64,000 bases of DNA, taken from contig CAVSZB010000002.1 of assembly GCA_963732385.1 (NCBI GenBank), positions 64,001 through 128,000 of the forward strand, in the 5' to 3' direction. This DNA is from an uncultured bacterium (GTDB lineage: Bacteria > Krumholzibacteriota > Krumholzibacteriia > LZORAL124-64-63). Position 1 is the first letter of the stretch; each line of letters starts with the position of its first letter. The translations under genes and the position numbers were made by a program. Below are positions 38,115 through 48,982 of this stretch, in pieces. The notes beneath the pieces were generated by a model. It had not been told where the DNA came from. It worked only from the letters and a program-made list of their open reading frames with translations, and did not search any database.

Positions 38115-38654
38115 ATGGCGGGACCCACAACCAGCAGACGGCAATTCCTGGCCTTTGGTGTCCTTTCCGCCCCAGTTCTGATGTGGCCCGGGCTGCTGCA
38201 TGCGACTGCCGCGCCCCGGCGCCTGGCCTTTCATCACACCCACACCGGCGAAGCACTGGATGTCGAATACAGCGAAGCCGGCCGGTACATTCCGGACGCG
38301 CTGCTGACCATCAACCATCTGCTGCGCGATTTCCGCAGCGGTCAGGTGCACCCCATCGATCCGGCGCTGCTCGACGTCCTGCATGCCCTCCGGCAGCAGG
38401 TCGGCGGTCGGGCGCCGTTTGAAATCATTTCCGCCTTCCGCTCGCCGGAGACCAACGCGATGCTGGCCGGCCACAGCAGCGGCGTCGCCACCAAGAGCCT
38501 GCATCTGTCCGGTCGCGCCATCGATATCCGCTTGCCGGGCGTTGCGACCGCTGAGCTGCGTGATGCAGGCATGCGCCTGCGTGCCGGCGGTGTCGGCTAC
38601 TACCGGGAGTCTGACTTCATTCATGTCGATACGGGCCGCGTCCGCTACTGGTAA
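38115..38654 (+). CDS. mepK: DUF882/YcbK Tat-exported M15 peptidase
   Basis: SRRQFL Tat motif; HTGE, LRDFR, SAFRSPETN, SLHLSGRAID, FIHVDTG. Confidence 0.9.
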   Translation: MAGPTTSRRQFLAFGVLSAPVLMWPGLLHATAAPRRLAFHHTHTGEALDVEYSEAGRYIPDALLTINHLLRDFRSGQVHPIDPALLDVLHALRQQVGGRAPFEIISAFRSPETNAMLAGHSSGVATKSLHLSGRAIDIRLPGVATAELRDAGMRLRAGGVGYYRESDFIHVDTGRVRYW

Positions 38655-38671
38655 CCGGTCGGCCCCGGCGC

Positions 38672-39211
38672 TCAGCGCGCATTCTCCTCTTCGCACTGAC
38701 GGATCTGCGCACGCAGCCTGAGCGCCTCTTGTGCGTCTGGCGCGAGGCCCAGCTCGCCGCGTTCCCAGGCCGTTGCCAGCCGCTCGAGCGCCAGGCGATG
38801 GCGGCCTGCCGCGGCGCGCTGGTACCAGCCGAGTGCCACCGCCGCATCATGCGGCAGTTCAGGGCCACTCTCCGACTGCCACGCCAGCCAGTACTGCGCT
38901 TCGGAAACATCCCGCTCGGCCGCCGAACGGATCAGGGGAATCGCCGCGGCGGGATTCCATTCACCGCCCAGCCCCAGATGGAAGAGCGCCAGCTGGTAGG
39001 TGGCATCGGCATCGCCTGCCTCGGCTTCGGCCGTACAGCTGGCACGCACCGCGGCGATCGCGGCCGGGTCCGGCTGCGCCTGCAGCAGCAGTGGCCGCAA
39101 TTCACTCCGGCACACGCCGGCATGAGCCGGCATCTGGGCACCGAGCCACACCAGCATCCCGACCAGCAGCACAGGCGACCACGCATGACTGCTCATTCCC
39201 GGATGGCTCAT
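38672..39211 (-). CDS. Sel1-repeat exported protein
   Basis: AEAGDADATYQL, AAERDVSEAQYWL, WYQRAA repeats. Confidence 0.8.
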   Translation of the reverse strand: MSHPGMSSHAWSPVLLVGMLVWLGAQMPAHAGVCRSELRPLLLQAQPDPAAIAAVRASCTAEAEAGDADATYQLALFHLGLGGEWNPAAAIPLIRSAAERDVSEAQYWLAWQSESGPELPHDAAVALGWYQRAAAGRHRLALERLATAWERGELGLAPDAQEALRLRAQIRQCEEENAR

Positions 39212-40146
39212 TTTTTCGCGTGCTGCTGCCGGTAGAGAAAGAACATGTTGGTAAACCCTTCCCACGGTACCGGCCGCGCAAACCACTGCGGATGGATCTT
39301 CTCCATGGCCGTCCGGGTGGTTGCCGGCAGATCGTCGAGGCTGAAGAGCTTCTTGCCGGCCTCATGCCAGACGACAAAACCCGGCCGCTGCTCCATCTTC
39401 ATCCACGGCAACCAGTCGGAGGTCGCCTGATAAAAGTACTCCGTGGGCACCGCGGCCTGCGCCGGATCCAGCACGTCGCGCAGATTCGACTTCATGGTGG
39501 TGATGGAAGACACGTTGATCGGTGTTTTCGGCGTCTCGTCCGGAAACTGCTTGATATCCAGCCACTGGGGGATGCCCCAGATGTACATCTCCTTGATCAT
39601 CCACAGATCGTCGCCGGCCCGCCGCCAGCGCTGATGGAAGGGCTCGGTCTTTTCCTCGAACGGTGTGGGCAGACCGATGAGCCTGGGCTGACGCTCGGCG
39701 CTGTACTCGAAAGTCACCGGCCCTTCGCGGTAGTGAAAAGGCTGAACCTTGTCGCCGGTTATCGGGTTGACGACCTCGTCGACGATCTCGTCGCTCTCCA
39801 CATCGCGATAAACACTGGCTTCCCAGTCAGTCACGTGCCAGGTGTGTTCGGCCAGGCGCTGCGTACGCCGCAGGATGACGGTTTCGACGTTGATGATCGG
39901 CCGGATGGGCTCGCCGGGCATGGCGAGATCAAGTCCGCCGGTAAACCAGAAGTACACATCCTGGGATTCCAGGCTGGCGCGCATCTTCATCCACGCTGTC
40001 AGGTTGTCTTCGGGCCTGTCCAGATCGAGTTGCAGCGGTGTTGATGGCAGCAGTGGTGCGGCAGGCAAGGCGCCAGCCACGGCGCTGCCGCCCAGTACGC
40101 CGAGCATCGCCCGGCGATCGATCAGACGTGTCTTTCCGTCAGCCAT
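39208..40146 (-). CDS. DUF1838-like protein with Tat signal
   Basis: DRRAML leader; LDLDRPEDN, NPITG, WLPWMKM motifs. Confidence 0.7.
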   Translation of the reverse strand: MADGKTRLIDRRAMLGVLGGSAVAGALPAAPLLPSTPLQLDLDRPEDNLTAWMKMRASLESQDVYFWFTGGLDLAMPGEPIRPIINVETVILRRTQRLAEHTWHVTDWEASVYRDVESDEIVDEVVNPITGDKVQPFHYREGPVTFEYSAERQPRLIGLPTPFEEKTEPFHQRWRRAGDDLWMIKEMYIWGIPQWLDIKQFPDETPKTPINVSSITTMKSNLRDVLDPAQAAVPTEYFYQATSDWLPWMKMEQRPGFVVWHEAGKKLFSLDDLPATTRTAMEKIHPQWFARPVPWEGFTNMFFLYRQQHAKK

Positions 40147-40296
40147 TTTGGTCCCCTGTCAGCCACAAGCAGATGTCGCGTGATTCTAATGGAGGCCACC
40201 GACCAGCGGCCACCTGCGTTTGCCGGCCATTTCGCGCCTTGCAGCCCCACGGTGTAGCATCACCCCATCCAGCAGCCGTGACCAGGAAAGCCAGAC

Positions 40297-41742
40297 ATGC
40301 AGAACATTTCAGGGATCAGCCGCCGCAGCATCCTCAAGGGCATCAGCGCAATACCCGTGGCTGCGGCGCTTGGACCGGTGCGGGCGCAGAACCGCTCGAA
40401 AGTCATTGTCATCGGCGCCGGGCTCTCGGGCCTCAATGCCGCCCTGCTGCTCGAGGAACAGGGCATCGACGTACAGGTCATCGAAGGCCGGAACCGCATC
40501 GGCGGCCGGATACTGTCCCACCGCAACGTGAACGGCAATCCGGAATCCGGCGGCACCTCCTTCGGCCCCGGCTACGCGCGACTGATGGACGCCTGCAAGC
40601 GCTTCAAGGTCGGGCTCATCGACGTCACCCCGATCGTGCCCTTCTTCAACGATCGCGAACTGGTGCTGGACGGCACGGCGATTCCCAAAGCCGACTGGCC
40701 GACACATGCAAAAAACCCGTTCCCGGAGGGCATGAAGCAACTGCCGCCCTGGGCCTACCTGATGCCGATCATCGGCAAGAACAATCCGCTCAAGACCGGC
40801 GATGCCTGGCTCGATCCGGCCAATGCCAGATACGACATCTCGCTGCATGACTGGCTGGTCAGCCTCGGTGTGTCCAGCGAGATCATCGAGCTGTGCTGGA
40901 ACAACAATCCCAATCACGGCACCACGGCACACGATGTGTCCGCGATGATGGTGCTGTTCGGCCACACCTTCGCCATGATCCAGGCGCAACTCGGCGGCAA
41001 GACCTTCGGGTACACGGCCACGGGCGGCAACCAGTCGATCCCCGAAGCGATGGCCGGCGGCCTGAAAACACCGGTGCTGTTCGACCGCAACGTGATCGGC
41101 ATGCGCACCACGACTTCAGGTGCCGAAGTGCACTGCGCAGACGGCACGGTATACAAAGCCGATCACGTGATCTGCTCCATGCCGATGTCGGTGCTCCGGC
41201 GTGTGCATATCGACCCGCTGGTTGGCGGCAGGCAGGCCCTTGCCATCAACACCCTCGCCTCCCAGCCCGTCAATATCCTCCACCTCAACATCAAGCGCCC
41301 CTTCTGGGAAGAAGATGGCCGCAACCCGAACATCTTCAGCAATGGCCTTGCCGGCATGGTGGTTGCCGAACGCAAGGGCAAGACGCCCCAGGAAGTGACC
41401 AGCCTCACCATCTGGATCCGCGGGCGCAACGCCACCTGGATGGACACCATGGACGAAAAGGCTGCGGTCGCCGCAATCATGGACGACTTCTACAAGGTAC
41501 GTCCGGCTGCCCAGGGCAAGGTCGAAGTGGGCGCCTATCACTCCTGGTACCGGCAGCCCTTCTCCGCCGGCGACTGGGCCCTGTGGGCACCGGGCCAGGT
41601 GAGCGCCTTTGCCAGTGCGGTCGGCACTGCCCACGGCCGCATTCATTTCTGCGGCGAACACACCGCCGTGTCAAATCGCGGCATGGAAGGCGCGATGGAA
41701 TCCGGTGAACGCGCCGCTTTCGAGGTGCTGGGACTGAGCTGA
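40297..41742 (+). CDS. Flavin monoamine oxidase family protein, Tat-exported
   Basis: SRRSILK leader; IGAGLSG, EGRNRIGGR, GGNQSIP, FCGEHT, GMEGAMESGERAA. Confidence 0.92.
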   Translation: MQNISGISRRSILKGISAIPVAAALGPVRAQNRSKVIVIGAGLSGLNAALLLEEQGIDVQVIEGRNRIGGRILSHRNVNGNPESGGTSFGPGYARLMDACKRFKVGLIDVTPIVPFFNDRELVLDGTAIPKADWPTHAKNPFPEGMKQLPPWAYLMPIIGKNNPLKTGDAWLDPANARYDISLHDWLVSLGVSSEIIELCWNNNPNHGTTAHDVSAMMVLFGHTFAMIQAQLGGKTFGYTATGGNQSIPEAMAGGLKTPVLFDRNVIGMRTTTSGAEVHCADGTVYKADHVICSMPMSVLRRVHIDPLVGGRQALAINTLASQPVNILHLNIKRPFWEEDGRNPNIFSNGLAGMVVAERKGKTPQEVTSLTIWIRGRNATWMDTMDEKAAVAAIMDDFYKVRPAAQGKVEVGAYHSWYRQPFSAGDWALWAPGQVSAFASAVGTAHGRIHFCGEHTAVSNRGMEGAMESGERAAFEVLGLS

Positions 41743-41788
41743 TCAGCGCTGCCCCGGCCCGCCTCCCACGTCATTCAGGACTTTGCAC

Positions 41789-43030
41789 ATGTCTACACTC
41801 ATCCGCCCGTTCCGGGCGCTGCGGCCAGTGCCGGAACAGGCTGCTGCCGTCGCCGCGCCGCCCTACGATGTACTCAACAGCGCCGAGGCGCGCACGCGCG
41901 CGGCCGGCCGGCCGTTCAGTTTCCTGCATATTTCGAAGCCCGAGATCGATTTGCCGGAAGACACCGATCCGTATGCCGCCGAGGTCTATGCCAAAGGTGC
42001 TGCAAACCTGCATGCACTCATCGAGGCCGGTGTACTGATCCGCGACCGCAAGCCCTGTTACTACATCTACCGGCTGCAGATGGGCGAGCACGTGCAGACC
42101 GGTATCGCCTGCGTGGGGAGCGTGGCCGAGTACGACCGCAACCGGATCCGCAAGCACGAGTTCACCCGCCCCGACAAGGAAGACGACCGCGTCCGCCAGA
42201 TCAGTGCGCTGAATGCGCAGACCGGGCCGGTACTGCTCGCCTATCGTGCCAACACCGCACTCGGCGCCATCATCAGCACCGCCACACAGGGCGCACCGTT
42301 TTGCGATGTGGTGGCAGATGATGGCGTGCGACACACGCTGTGGATCCTGGATGAAGAACTGCCGATCCGGCGCATCACGCAGATCGTGAATGCAATGGAA
42401 GCGCTGTATATCGCCGACGGCCATCACCGCTCGGCCTCGGCCTCACGCGTGGCCGCACAGCGCGCGGCCGCCAACCCCCGCCATGACGGCGATGAGGACT
42501 ACAACCATTTCCTGTGCGTGGCCTTTCCGCACGACGAGATGCGCATCCTCGACTACAACCGGCTGGTCAAGGATCTGCACGGCCAGGCTGCGAAGGATTT
42601 TCTCGCCCGCATCAGCAGGCAGTTCACGGTGACAGCCGTCGCGGGCCAGGCGCGGCCTGGCCGTGTCGGGCAATTCGGCCTGTACCTGGACAAGCGCTGG
42701 TACCAGCTCGACATCAAACCGGAACTGATTCCCGCCGACCCGGTGGCCAGCCTCGACGTCAGCCTGCTGCAGGAACATCTGCTGGCACCGGTGCTCGGCA
42801 TCGGCGACCCGCGGCGCGACAAACGCATCGACTTCGTCGGCGGCATCCGCGGGCTGTCAGAACTCGAGCGTCGGGTCGACAGCGGCGAGATGGCCGTGGC
42901 TTTTGCCCTGTTCCCCACCAGCCTCGAAGCGCTGATGGCGGTAGCCGATGCCAATCAGGTCATGCCGCCAAAATCGACCTGGTTCGAACCCAAGCTGGCC
43001 GACGGACTGCTGTCGCACCTGCTCGACTGA
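41789..43030 (+). CDS. DUF1015 family protein
   Basis: PPYDV, IRKHEFTRPDKE, YIADGHHR, MPPKSTWFEPKL. Confidence 0.9.
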   Translation: MSTLIRPFRALRPVPEQAAAVAAPPYDVLNSAEARTRAAGRPFSFLHISKPEIDLPEDTDPYAAEVYAKGAANLHALIEAGVLIRDRKPCYYIYRLQMGEHVQTGIACVGSVAEYDRNRIRKHEFTRPDKEDDRVRQISALNAQTGPVLLAYRANTALGAIISTATQGAPFCDVVADDGVRHTLWILDEELPIRRITQIVNAMEALYIADGHHRSASASRVAAQRAAANPRHDGDEDYNHFLCVAFPHDEMRILDYNRLVKDLHGQAAKDFLARISRQFTVTAVAGQARPGRVGQFGLYLDKRWYQLDIKPELIPADPVASLDVSLLQEHLLAPVLGIGDPRRDKRIDFVGGIRGLSELERRVDSGEMAVAFALFPTSLEALMAVADANQVMPPKSTWFEPKLADGLLSHLLD

Positions 43031-43040
43031 GCCACTCGCA

Positions 43041-44576
43041 CTACAGGTACTTTTCCAGCGGGAACAGGCGAAAGAAGCCCGACTTGAAACGCGTCCAGAA
43101 CCCGGTCATCGGCTCCCTGGTCACAACCACCGGCCCATCAGCGGTCTCGGTGTGCCATTCAATACCGCCGGATGAGCGAGGCAGGACCTGCCAGCTGCTG
43201 TCCGGCGCCATCAACTCCTCGATGGATTGGGCAATCCGTTCGGCCAGCACCGGACTGTCGATGATCAGTGCGGTTTCGGAATTCAGGTAGGTGGAGCGCA
43301 GATTGATGTTGAATGAGCCCACATAAACCGTGCGCCGGTCGACGACCAGCGACTTCGAATGCAGGGCGAATTCACGCTCGTCCGCGCAGCCCCCGGCAGT
43401 CACGACCAGCCGCTGGCAGGCTCTCGCATCCGGGCGCAACTCGAACACCTCCATGCCACTGTCGAGCATCTCCCGTCGATGCCGCGCATAGCCGGAGTGA
43501 TTGGTAACCAGATCATTCGAGGCCAGGGAATTGGTCAGCGCACGGATGCGGACGCCACGCGCCGTGAGCATGCCCGCCTCGGCAAAGGTCTGCTCATCGA
43601 GAATCAGATAGGCGGACTCGATCAGGATCTCGCGCTGCGCTGATGTGGCCAGCGCGCGCAAGGCCATGGCGACAGCCTGTGGCTGCGACGAATCGGCCAT
43701 GCCGTCCTGATCCGGCGGCAGATCGAAAACCAGTCGCACGGGGACCCAGAGCAGGCGGTCGGGCAACCCGGTGGCGTAGGTACCCGGATCTGCCCGGACT
43801 GCAGGCAGTTCATGACCAAGCGCACGCAGCTCATCCGCAGCGCCATCCAGTCGACCGAGCGCTGCCTTGAGTTGTTCCGGACTGAGTGGCGCGTCGATTG
43901 CCAGCGTGCTTGCCAGTTGTGTCCACCGGCTCGTCCAGAAGGCCTCGAAGCCGGCAGCCACCTCGGCAACCACCGGTCCTGCAGCCAGGATATCGCGGTC
44001 GCGGAAATTGCTGACCGGGTCGAGGTCAAAATATTCGTTGCCGATATTCCGGCCACCGACGATGGTGACGGCGCGGTCGACGGTAAACGACTTGTTGTGC
44101 ATGCGCCGGTTGAGCCGGCTGAACTCGCGGACAAAGCCGAACAGGCGCGCGACGCCGGAACGCGCTGCAGTCGGATTGTAGACACGGATCTCGACGCGCG
44201 GATGTGCGGCCAGGGCCACGAGTGCGGCATCGCGACCCGCGATATTGATGTCATCGAGCAGGATCCGTACCCGCACCCCGCGTTCGGCAGCCGCCAGCAG
44301 GCGCGCGGCCAGATAGCGTCCGGAGGCATCCGAATTCCAGATGTAGTACTGGGCGTCGATCGTGTGGGCTGCGGCTTCGATCAGGGCATCGCGTTCGTCC
44401 AGGGCCGCAGCTGCCCGTATCCACCAGCAGCACACCAGAGGTGCCGGGATGCCCGGCAGAAGCTGCCTTGACTGCCCGGCCGAGCGGGACTCTCGTCAGC
44501 CAGGGCGGATGCCGACAGGCCGATCTGCAACACGAGCACGATCAGCGGGAGGCAGAAAACATTCCTGCCTGGCCAT
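43041..44576 (-). CDS. clsC: Phospholipase D / cardiolipin synthase ClsC-like; apparent indels in the 5' region
   Basis: Two HxK motifs (RMHNKSF..D, LHSKSL..D), GGRNIGNEYF, GSFNINLRS. The signal peptide and HPGTSGVLLVDTG segment lie in other frames at about 44410-44576. Confidence 0.8.
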
Positions 44577-44656
44577 CGGACGGCAAATCCGCCTGTCCAT
44601 ATGCCGCGAAGATGGTTTAAAGTCATGCTATCAATCGACATCGGGAGATGTTCACC

Positions 44657-44770
44657 ATGTCCAAATCCGGCAACATAGGCCGCTATATCGAAATCGGCAT
44701 CATCGCGATACTGGCGGTGGCGGCTCTGGCCGGCATCATCCGCTTCATCATTCTCGCCGAGATCTTCTGA
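44657..44770 (+). CDS. Small membrane protein (37 aa)
   Basis: MSKSGNIGRYIEIGIIAILAVAALAGIIRFIILAEIF*; SD GGGAG 9 nt upstream; fills an intergenic gap; below the ORF-track cutoff. Confidence 0.6.
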   Translation: MSKSGNIGRYIEIGIIAILAVAALAGIIRFIILAEIF

Positions 44771-44777
44771 GCCGTCA

Positions 44778-45271
44778 TTACAACACGAACGGCGCGTTGG
44801 GCAATTCGTTGCGGTCACCGGACCGGGCCGGGAAGTTCGCCACTGCCAGATCGCTGAGTCGCCCGATGGCCCGCACTGTCCCAGGGCCATAGTCGCGTTG
44901 CGGAATGCCGTCGACATCTCGCTGCAGATATCCGCCCATACCGGTTCGGCAAGCCGATCGCTGAAGCCGCGGTCGGCAACGATCTCGATGTCGCGTTCGG
45001 CCAGCAACACATAGACGAGTATCCCGTTGCGAGCGGCCGTATCGGCCATACCCAGCCGGGACCAGATTTCCTGCGCCCGCTCCCGGCAACTGACGCCCCG
45101 CCACAGATGGCCAACCGGCAGCGCGGTCTCAACTGCAAAGCGGATCTCTGCCTGATGCTGCTGCTCGGATGCAGTGATCGCCGCATCGATGCCAGCCAGC
45201 ACCCCGGGCGGGAAGCAGCGCCGCAGCGTGAAATGCGTGGTGCCGAGATGCCTGAGCCAGCGTCTGATCAT
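44778..45271 (-). CDS. TPM-domain protein (short type); apparent indel near 44900
   Basis: EIRFAVE, NGILVYVLLAERDIEIVADRG; C-terminal DRNELPNAP is in a second frame. Confidence 0.75.
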
Positions 45272-45284
45272 CAGCGATATCCCG

Positions 45285-46143
45285 TTACCAGCGACCGGAG
45301 GCACCACCGCCCCCGAATCCACCGCCACCCCCGCTGAAACCCCCGCCGCGACCGCCGAAGCTGCCACCGCCGAAACCACCGCGCGAATGACTTGCCCAGC
45401 GTCCGGCCCGGCCCGCCGGCATCAGGCTGAGCACGAAGCCGATCACCGCCATCAGCAGGGCCAGGCCGAGTGCACCGGCCAGCAACCAGCTGAGCCCGCC
45501 GACCAGCAGTCCGGTAACTGCGGCACCCGGCAACTGGCCGAGTACCCGGCGCAGGACTGCGCCCACCACGATGCTGACGAACAGCACGATCGGCAGGAGG
45601 CTCCCGAAACTGTCCTGTGCCGATGCGCGGACGAACAGGCTCCGGCAAGCGCTTCACCATCGACCAGACCGATCAGCCGGTCGACACCCGCGACGATACC
45701 GCCGGCGAAATCGCCAGCCCGAAACTGCGGCAGGATGAATTCATCGATGATCCGGTTGGCGGTGGCATCGGGAATGGCACCTTCCAGCCCGTAGCCCACC
45801 TCGATGCGCACCGCGCGATCGTCGCGGGCAACGATGAGCAGCACGCCATCATCGACGCCCTTGCGGCCCGGCCGCCAGGCCTCGACGACCCGCAGCGAGT
45901 ATTGCTCGATGGCTTCCGGCCGCGTGGTCGCGCACCAGCAGCACGACGATCTGGCTGCCCTTGCGGGCCTCGAGGTCGGCGAGTTTTGCTTCCAGCGCGG
46001 ACTGCTGTGGCGCGGACAGCAGGCCGATGGTGTCAACGACGCGCCCGCTGAGCGCGGGCACCGGCAGAACCGCAGCGACGGCAGTCTGCACTGCCGCATG
46101 CCAGCACCGCCAGCATCAGTCCGGCACGCAGGACACCGTGCAT
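45285..46143 (-). CDS. TPM-domain protein (YgcG-like); several apparent indels
   Basis: VPALSGRVVD, GRKGVDDGVLL, RIEVGYGLEGAIPD and Gly-rich GGGASGRW tail are spread over three frames. Confidence 0.75.
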
Positions 46144-46165
46144 CGCGGTCAGGACCGGCTGATCG

Positions 46166-46774
46166 TCAGTCCGGCTTGCCAAAGTTCACTTCGGGCGGCT
46201 TGCTGATCTCCGCCTCGTTGGCCACCGTGAAGCTGGGCTTGATCTTGTGACCAAACAGCATGGCAGTCAGGTTGCTCGGGAAGGAGCGCACCAGCGTGTT
46301 GTACTCGCGCGTGGCCTCGATGAAGCGGTTGCGGGCCACCGTGATGCGGTTTTCCGTACCCTCGAGCTGCGCCTGCAGGTCGCGGAAATTCTGGTCGGAC
46401 TTCAGTTCCGGATAGCGCTCCACCACCACCAGCAGGCGCGACAGGGCACTGCTCAGCTCACCCTGCGCGGCCTGGAAATTCTCGAAAGCCTGCGGGTCGT
46501 TGAGCGTTTCCGGCGTGGCCTGAACGGCACCCACGCGCGAGCGTGCCTCGGTCACCTGGATCAGCACCTCGCGTTCCTGCTGGGCAAATCCCTGCACGGT
46601 ACGCACCAGATTCGGGATCAGGTCGGAACGCCGCTGATACTGGTTCAGCACCTCGGCCCATGCCGCCTTGACGCCCTCATCACCGCTCTGGATCGCGTTA
46701 TAGCCGCAACCGGACAACAGCAGCACGCTCAGGGAAGCCGCAAGGGCCAGCAGCACTCTCTTCATGACATCCAT
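46166..46774 (-). CDS. lemA: LemA family lipoprotein
   Basis: LSGCGYN, YQRRSDLIPNLV, ERYPELKS, LEGTENRI. Confidence 0.95.
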   Translation of the reverse strand: MDVMKRVLLALAASLSVLLLSGCGYNAIQSGDEGVKAAWAEVLNQYQRRSDLIPNLVRTVQGFAQQEREVLIQVTEARSRVGAVQATPETLNDPQAFENFQAAQGELSSALSRLLVVVERYPELKSDQNFRDLQAQLEGTENRITVARNRFIEATREYNTLVRSFPSNLTAMLFGHKIKPSFTVANEAEISKPPEVNFGKPD

Positions 46775-46855
46775 CCTCTGCGAGGTGAGTGAAACCGGAA
46801 AGCGGAATGATTATATGCTTGCCCCGCACCAGAACCGGCTGAAGGAGTGCTGCCC

Positions 46856-47287
46856 ATGCTGCAAGGCTTCCACCACGCTGCGATTTCCACCCCCGACCTG
46901 GAACGTGCGCTGCGCTTCTACAAGGGACTGCTCGGTTGTGAAACGGTGCGCGAGTTCGGCTGGCCCGCCGGCATCGCCGCCGCCGACGCGCTCACCGGCC
47001 TCAAGGATTCTGCCGCCCGCGCGGTACTGCTGAAGCTCGGCGACAGTTTCCTGGAGATCTTCGAGTTCAGCTCGCCAAAACCGCAGCCCGGCGACCCCGA
47101 CCGGCCGGCCTGCGATCACGGCATCACGCACATCTGCCTGGCGGTAAAAGACTGTCAGTACGAGTACCAGCGACTGCAGGCCGCCGGCATGCGCTTTCAC
47201 GCCCCGCCACAGGCCCAGGACGGCGGCTTCGTCTGCTACGGACGCGACCCCGACGGCAACATCATCGAGTTGCTGGAGCTGGTGTGA
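46856..47287 (+). CDS. VOC/glyoxalase family protein
   Basis: HHAAIST, LEIFEF, GITHICL, RDPDGNIIEL. Confidence 0.9.
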   Translation: MLQGFHHAAISTPDLERALRFYKGLLGCETVREFGWPAGIAAADALTGLKDSAARAVLLKLGDSFLEIFEFSSPKPQPGDPDRPACDHGITHICLAVKDCQYEYQRLQAAGMRFHAPPQAQDGGFVCYGRDPDGNIIELLELV

Positions 47288-47504
47288 CTTGCTGCAAATC
47301 AGTCGTAACTTGCTGTTTGCTTTTGGAGTCCAGCTCAGGACGCAAATTGCATTATGACAAGTGATGGAGAGCCGATGACTGTGAAAAAGAACACTTTGCT
47401 TTTCCATGTAGACATGGTCTAGTCTGGACTTGAACCAATACAAAGCCGGGACCCGTCCTCGACGGCGTATCCGGAAAGCAGCAACGAACATGTGGGGAAC
47501 AAGC

Positions 47505-48147
47505 GTGAGAAGTATCAGGTTGCCGATGGCTGCGCTTGTCGCGATATCCATGTTCCATGTCGGTAGCGCCCAGGCGATGCCGGTGAGTTATTCAACCACC
47601 TACAATGGTTCCATCAATGTGACTACCGGTGCGGGTGCCAACACCGCCCTGCCGGTACCGGGTTCGGATTTCTACGGCAATACCTTTACCGCACCCACAC
47701 TGAATTTCACTGCCCCGGCGGCAGCGACCGGTTTCGGTTTCTACGACGATTTCATCTTCACGATTCCGGTGGGTGCCGGAACAAATTCCGTAACCTCGTC
47801 CATCAGCATCCCCGGGTCGCTTGCAGATCAGTGGCCTGCAGTCGCGGTTGTTTGCGTTGCCCCTGGGTTATACGGGCGGCGCGCTGGGCACTTGTCCCGG
47901 CGGTTGCCTGGCGGTCTGGGGTGCAGAGGTACTCGCAGCCAATGTCACTTACACGGTGCTGAATCCAACCCTGCTTGGGCCCGGCAGCTATGTCCTGCAG
48001 ATCCGCGGTGATGCCACGGGCGCCTTCGGTGGCAGCTACTCCGGTGTGCTCAACCTGACCGCCATTCCCGTGCCGGCTGCCGTCTGGTTGTTTGGCAGTG
48101 CCCTGGGTGGTCTCGGTTTACTGAAGCGCCGGCGTGTTGCCGACTGA
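47505..48147 (+). CDS. PEP-CTERM/VPLPA-CTERM surface protein; apparent indel near 47820
   Basis: Signal peptide ending AQA; FYDDFIF; C-terminal IPVPAAVWLFGSAL..KRRR in a second frame. Confidence 0.75.
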
Positions 48148-48173
48148 CCTCTGCTCGAGTCGCACCGCTCGAG

Positions 48174-48204
48174 AAAAGCCCCCGCTTGCCGGGGGCTTTT
48201 TTTT
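48174..48204. terminator. Bidirectional terminator between convergent VPLPA-CTERM genes
   Basis: AAAAGCCCCCG-cttgc-CGGGGGCTTTTTTTT. Confidence 0.9.
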
Positions 48205-48208
48205 GGAA

Positions 48209-48955
48209 TCAGATCCCGCCTGCAGAGCAGGCGCCTGTACCGCGTCGCCTTGCGCCCATCAGCGCCACGACTGCAGAACCCATCAACCACGCTGCTGCCG
48301 GTACAGGAACGACGGCGACGTTGGTACTGACCGCCAGCCATTCACTGCTGCCGTAACTGAGGATGGTCGCATCGCCCCAGAATGCACTGCGGGTACCACC
48401 GTTGTAGAACACGCTGGATGCGGCGAGCAACTCGACACCATCCTGGTAGGCCCTGACCTGGTCACCATCTGCCTGTCCGTCAACCTCGAGCCGGTAGGTG
48501 TGAAACATGTCATCGGTATCAACCGTGGCAGATGCGGAGATGCTGTTGTTGCCATTGCGGATCCAGATCGAATCGCTGGCAATCTCCAGCGTGGCGAAAT
48601 TGCCGTTGTCGAAGCCGATGCCAACCACAACCGGCGCACGCCACCAGCCAGCGGCGCTTGCGCCGTAGCCGAGCTTCAGCGTCGCCTCGATCCAGTAGCT
48701 GCCGCTGGCGGGAAATGCCACGCCTGCATCACTGATGCCGTAGTACATCTGGCGGCTGTAGTCTGCCTCGGTGGTCAGCGTCAGGACGCCTGCGCTCAGC
48801 ACGGGATCATGAACGGTACTGCCGTCACTGAGTGCCCAGGGGCCCGCCTGATCAGGCAACAGGCCACCGGCCGCATTCCAGCTGATGACGGCAGCAGCAG
48901 CCGGGTTGGCAAGCAGCGCTGCATGGAGCAGCAGCGCAATTCGAATGCATTTCAT
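48209..48955 (-). CDS. VPLPA-CTERM surface protein (lectin-like beta-sandwich)
   Basis: Signal peptide; FHTYRL; VPVPAAAWLMGSA..RRR tail. Confidence 0.8.
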   Translation of the reverse strand: MKCIRIALLLHAALLANPAAAAVISWNAAGGLLPDQAGPWALSDGSTVHDPVLSAGVLTLTTEADYSRQMYYGISDAGVAFPASGSYWIEATLKLGYGASAAGWWRAPVVVGIGFDNGNFATLEIASDSIWIRNGNNSISASATVDTDDMFHTYRLEVDGQADGDQVRAYQDGVELLAASSVFYNGGTRSAFWGDATILSYGSSEWLAVSTNVAVVPVPAAAWLMGSAVVALMGARRRGTGACSAGGI

Positions 48956-48982
48956 CGCGATAATTCCGGAAAATGAGGAATG

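Noticed and set aside
38010..38696. N-terminal extension of the 786-aa L,D-transpeptidase ORF
   Set aside because: It is antisense to mepK; the signal peptide begins near 38009.
44381..45379. 332-aa ORF as a real fusion protein
   Set aside because: A chimera of the TPM gene, intergenic DNA and the clsC-like signal peptide, produced by apparent indels.
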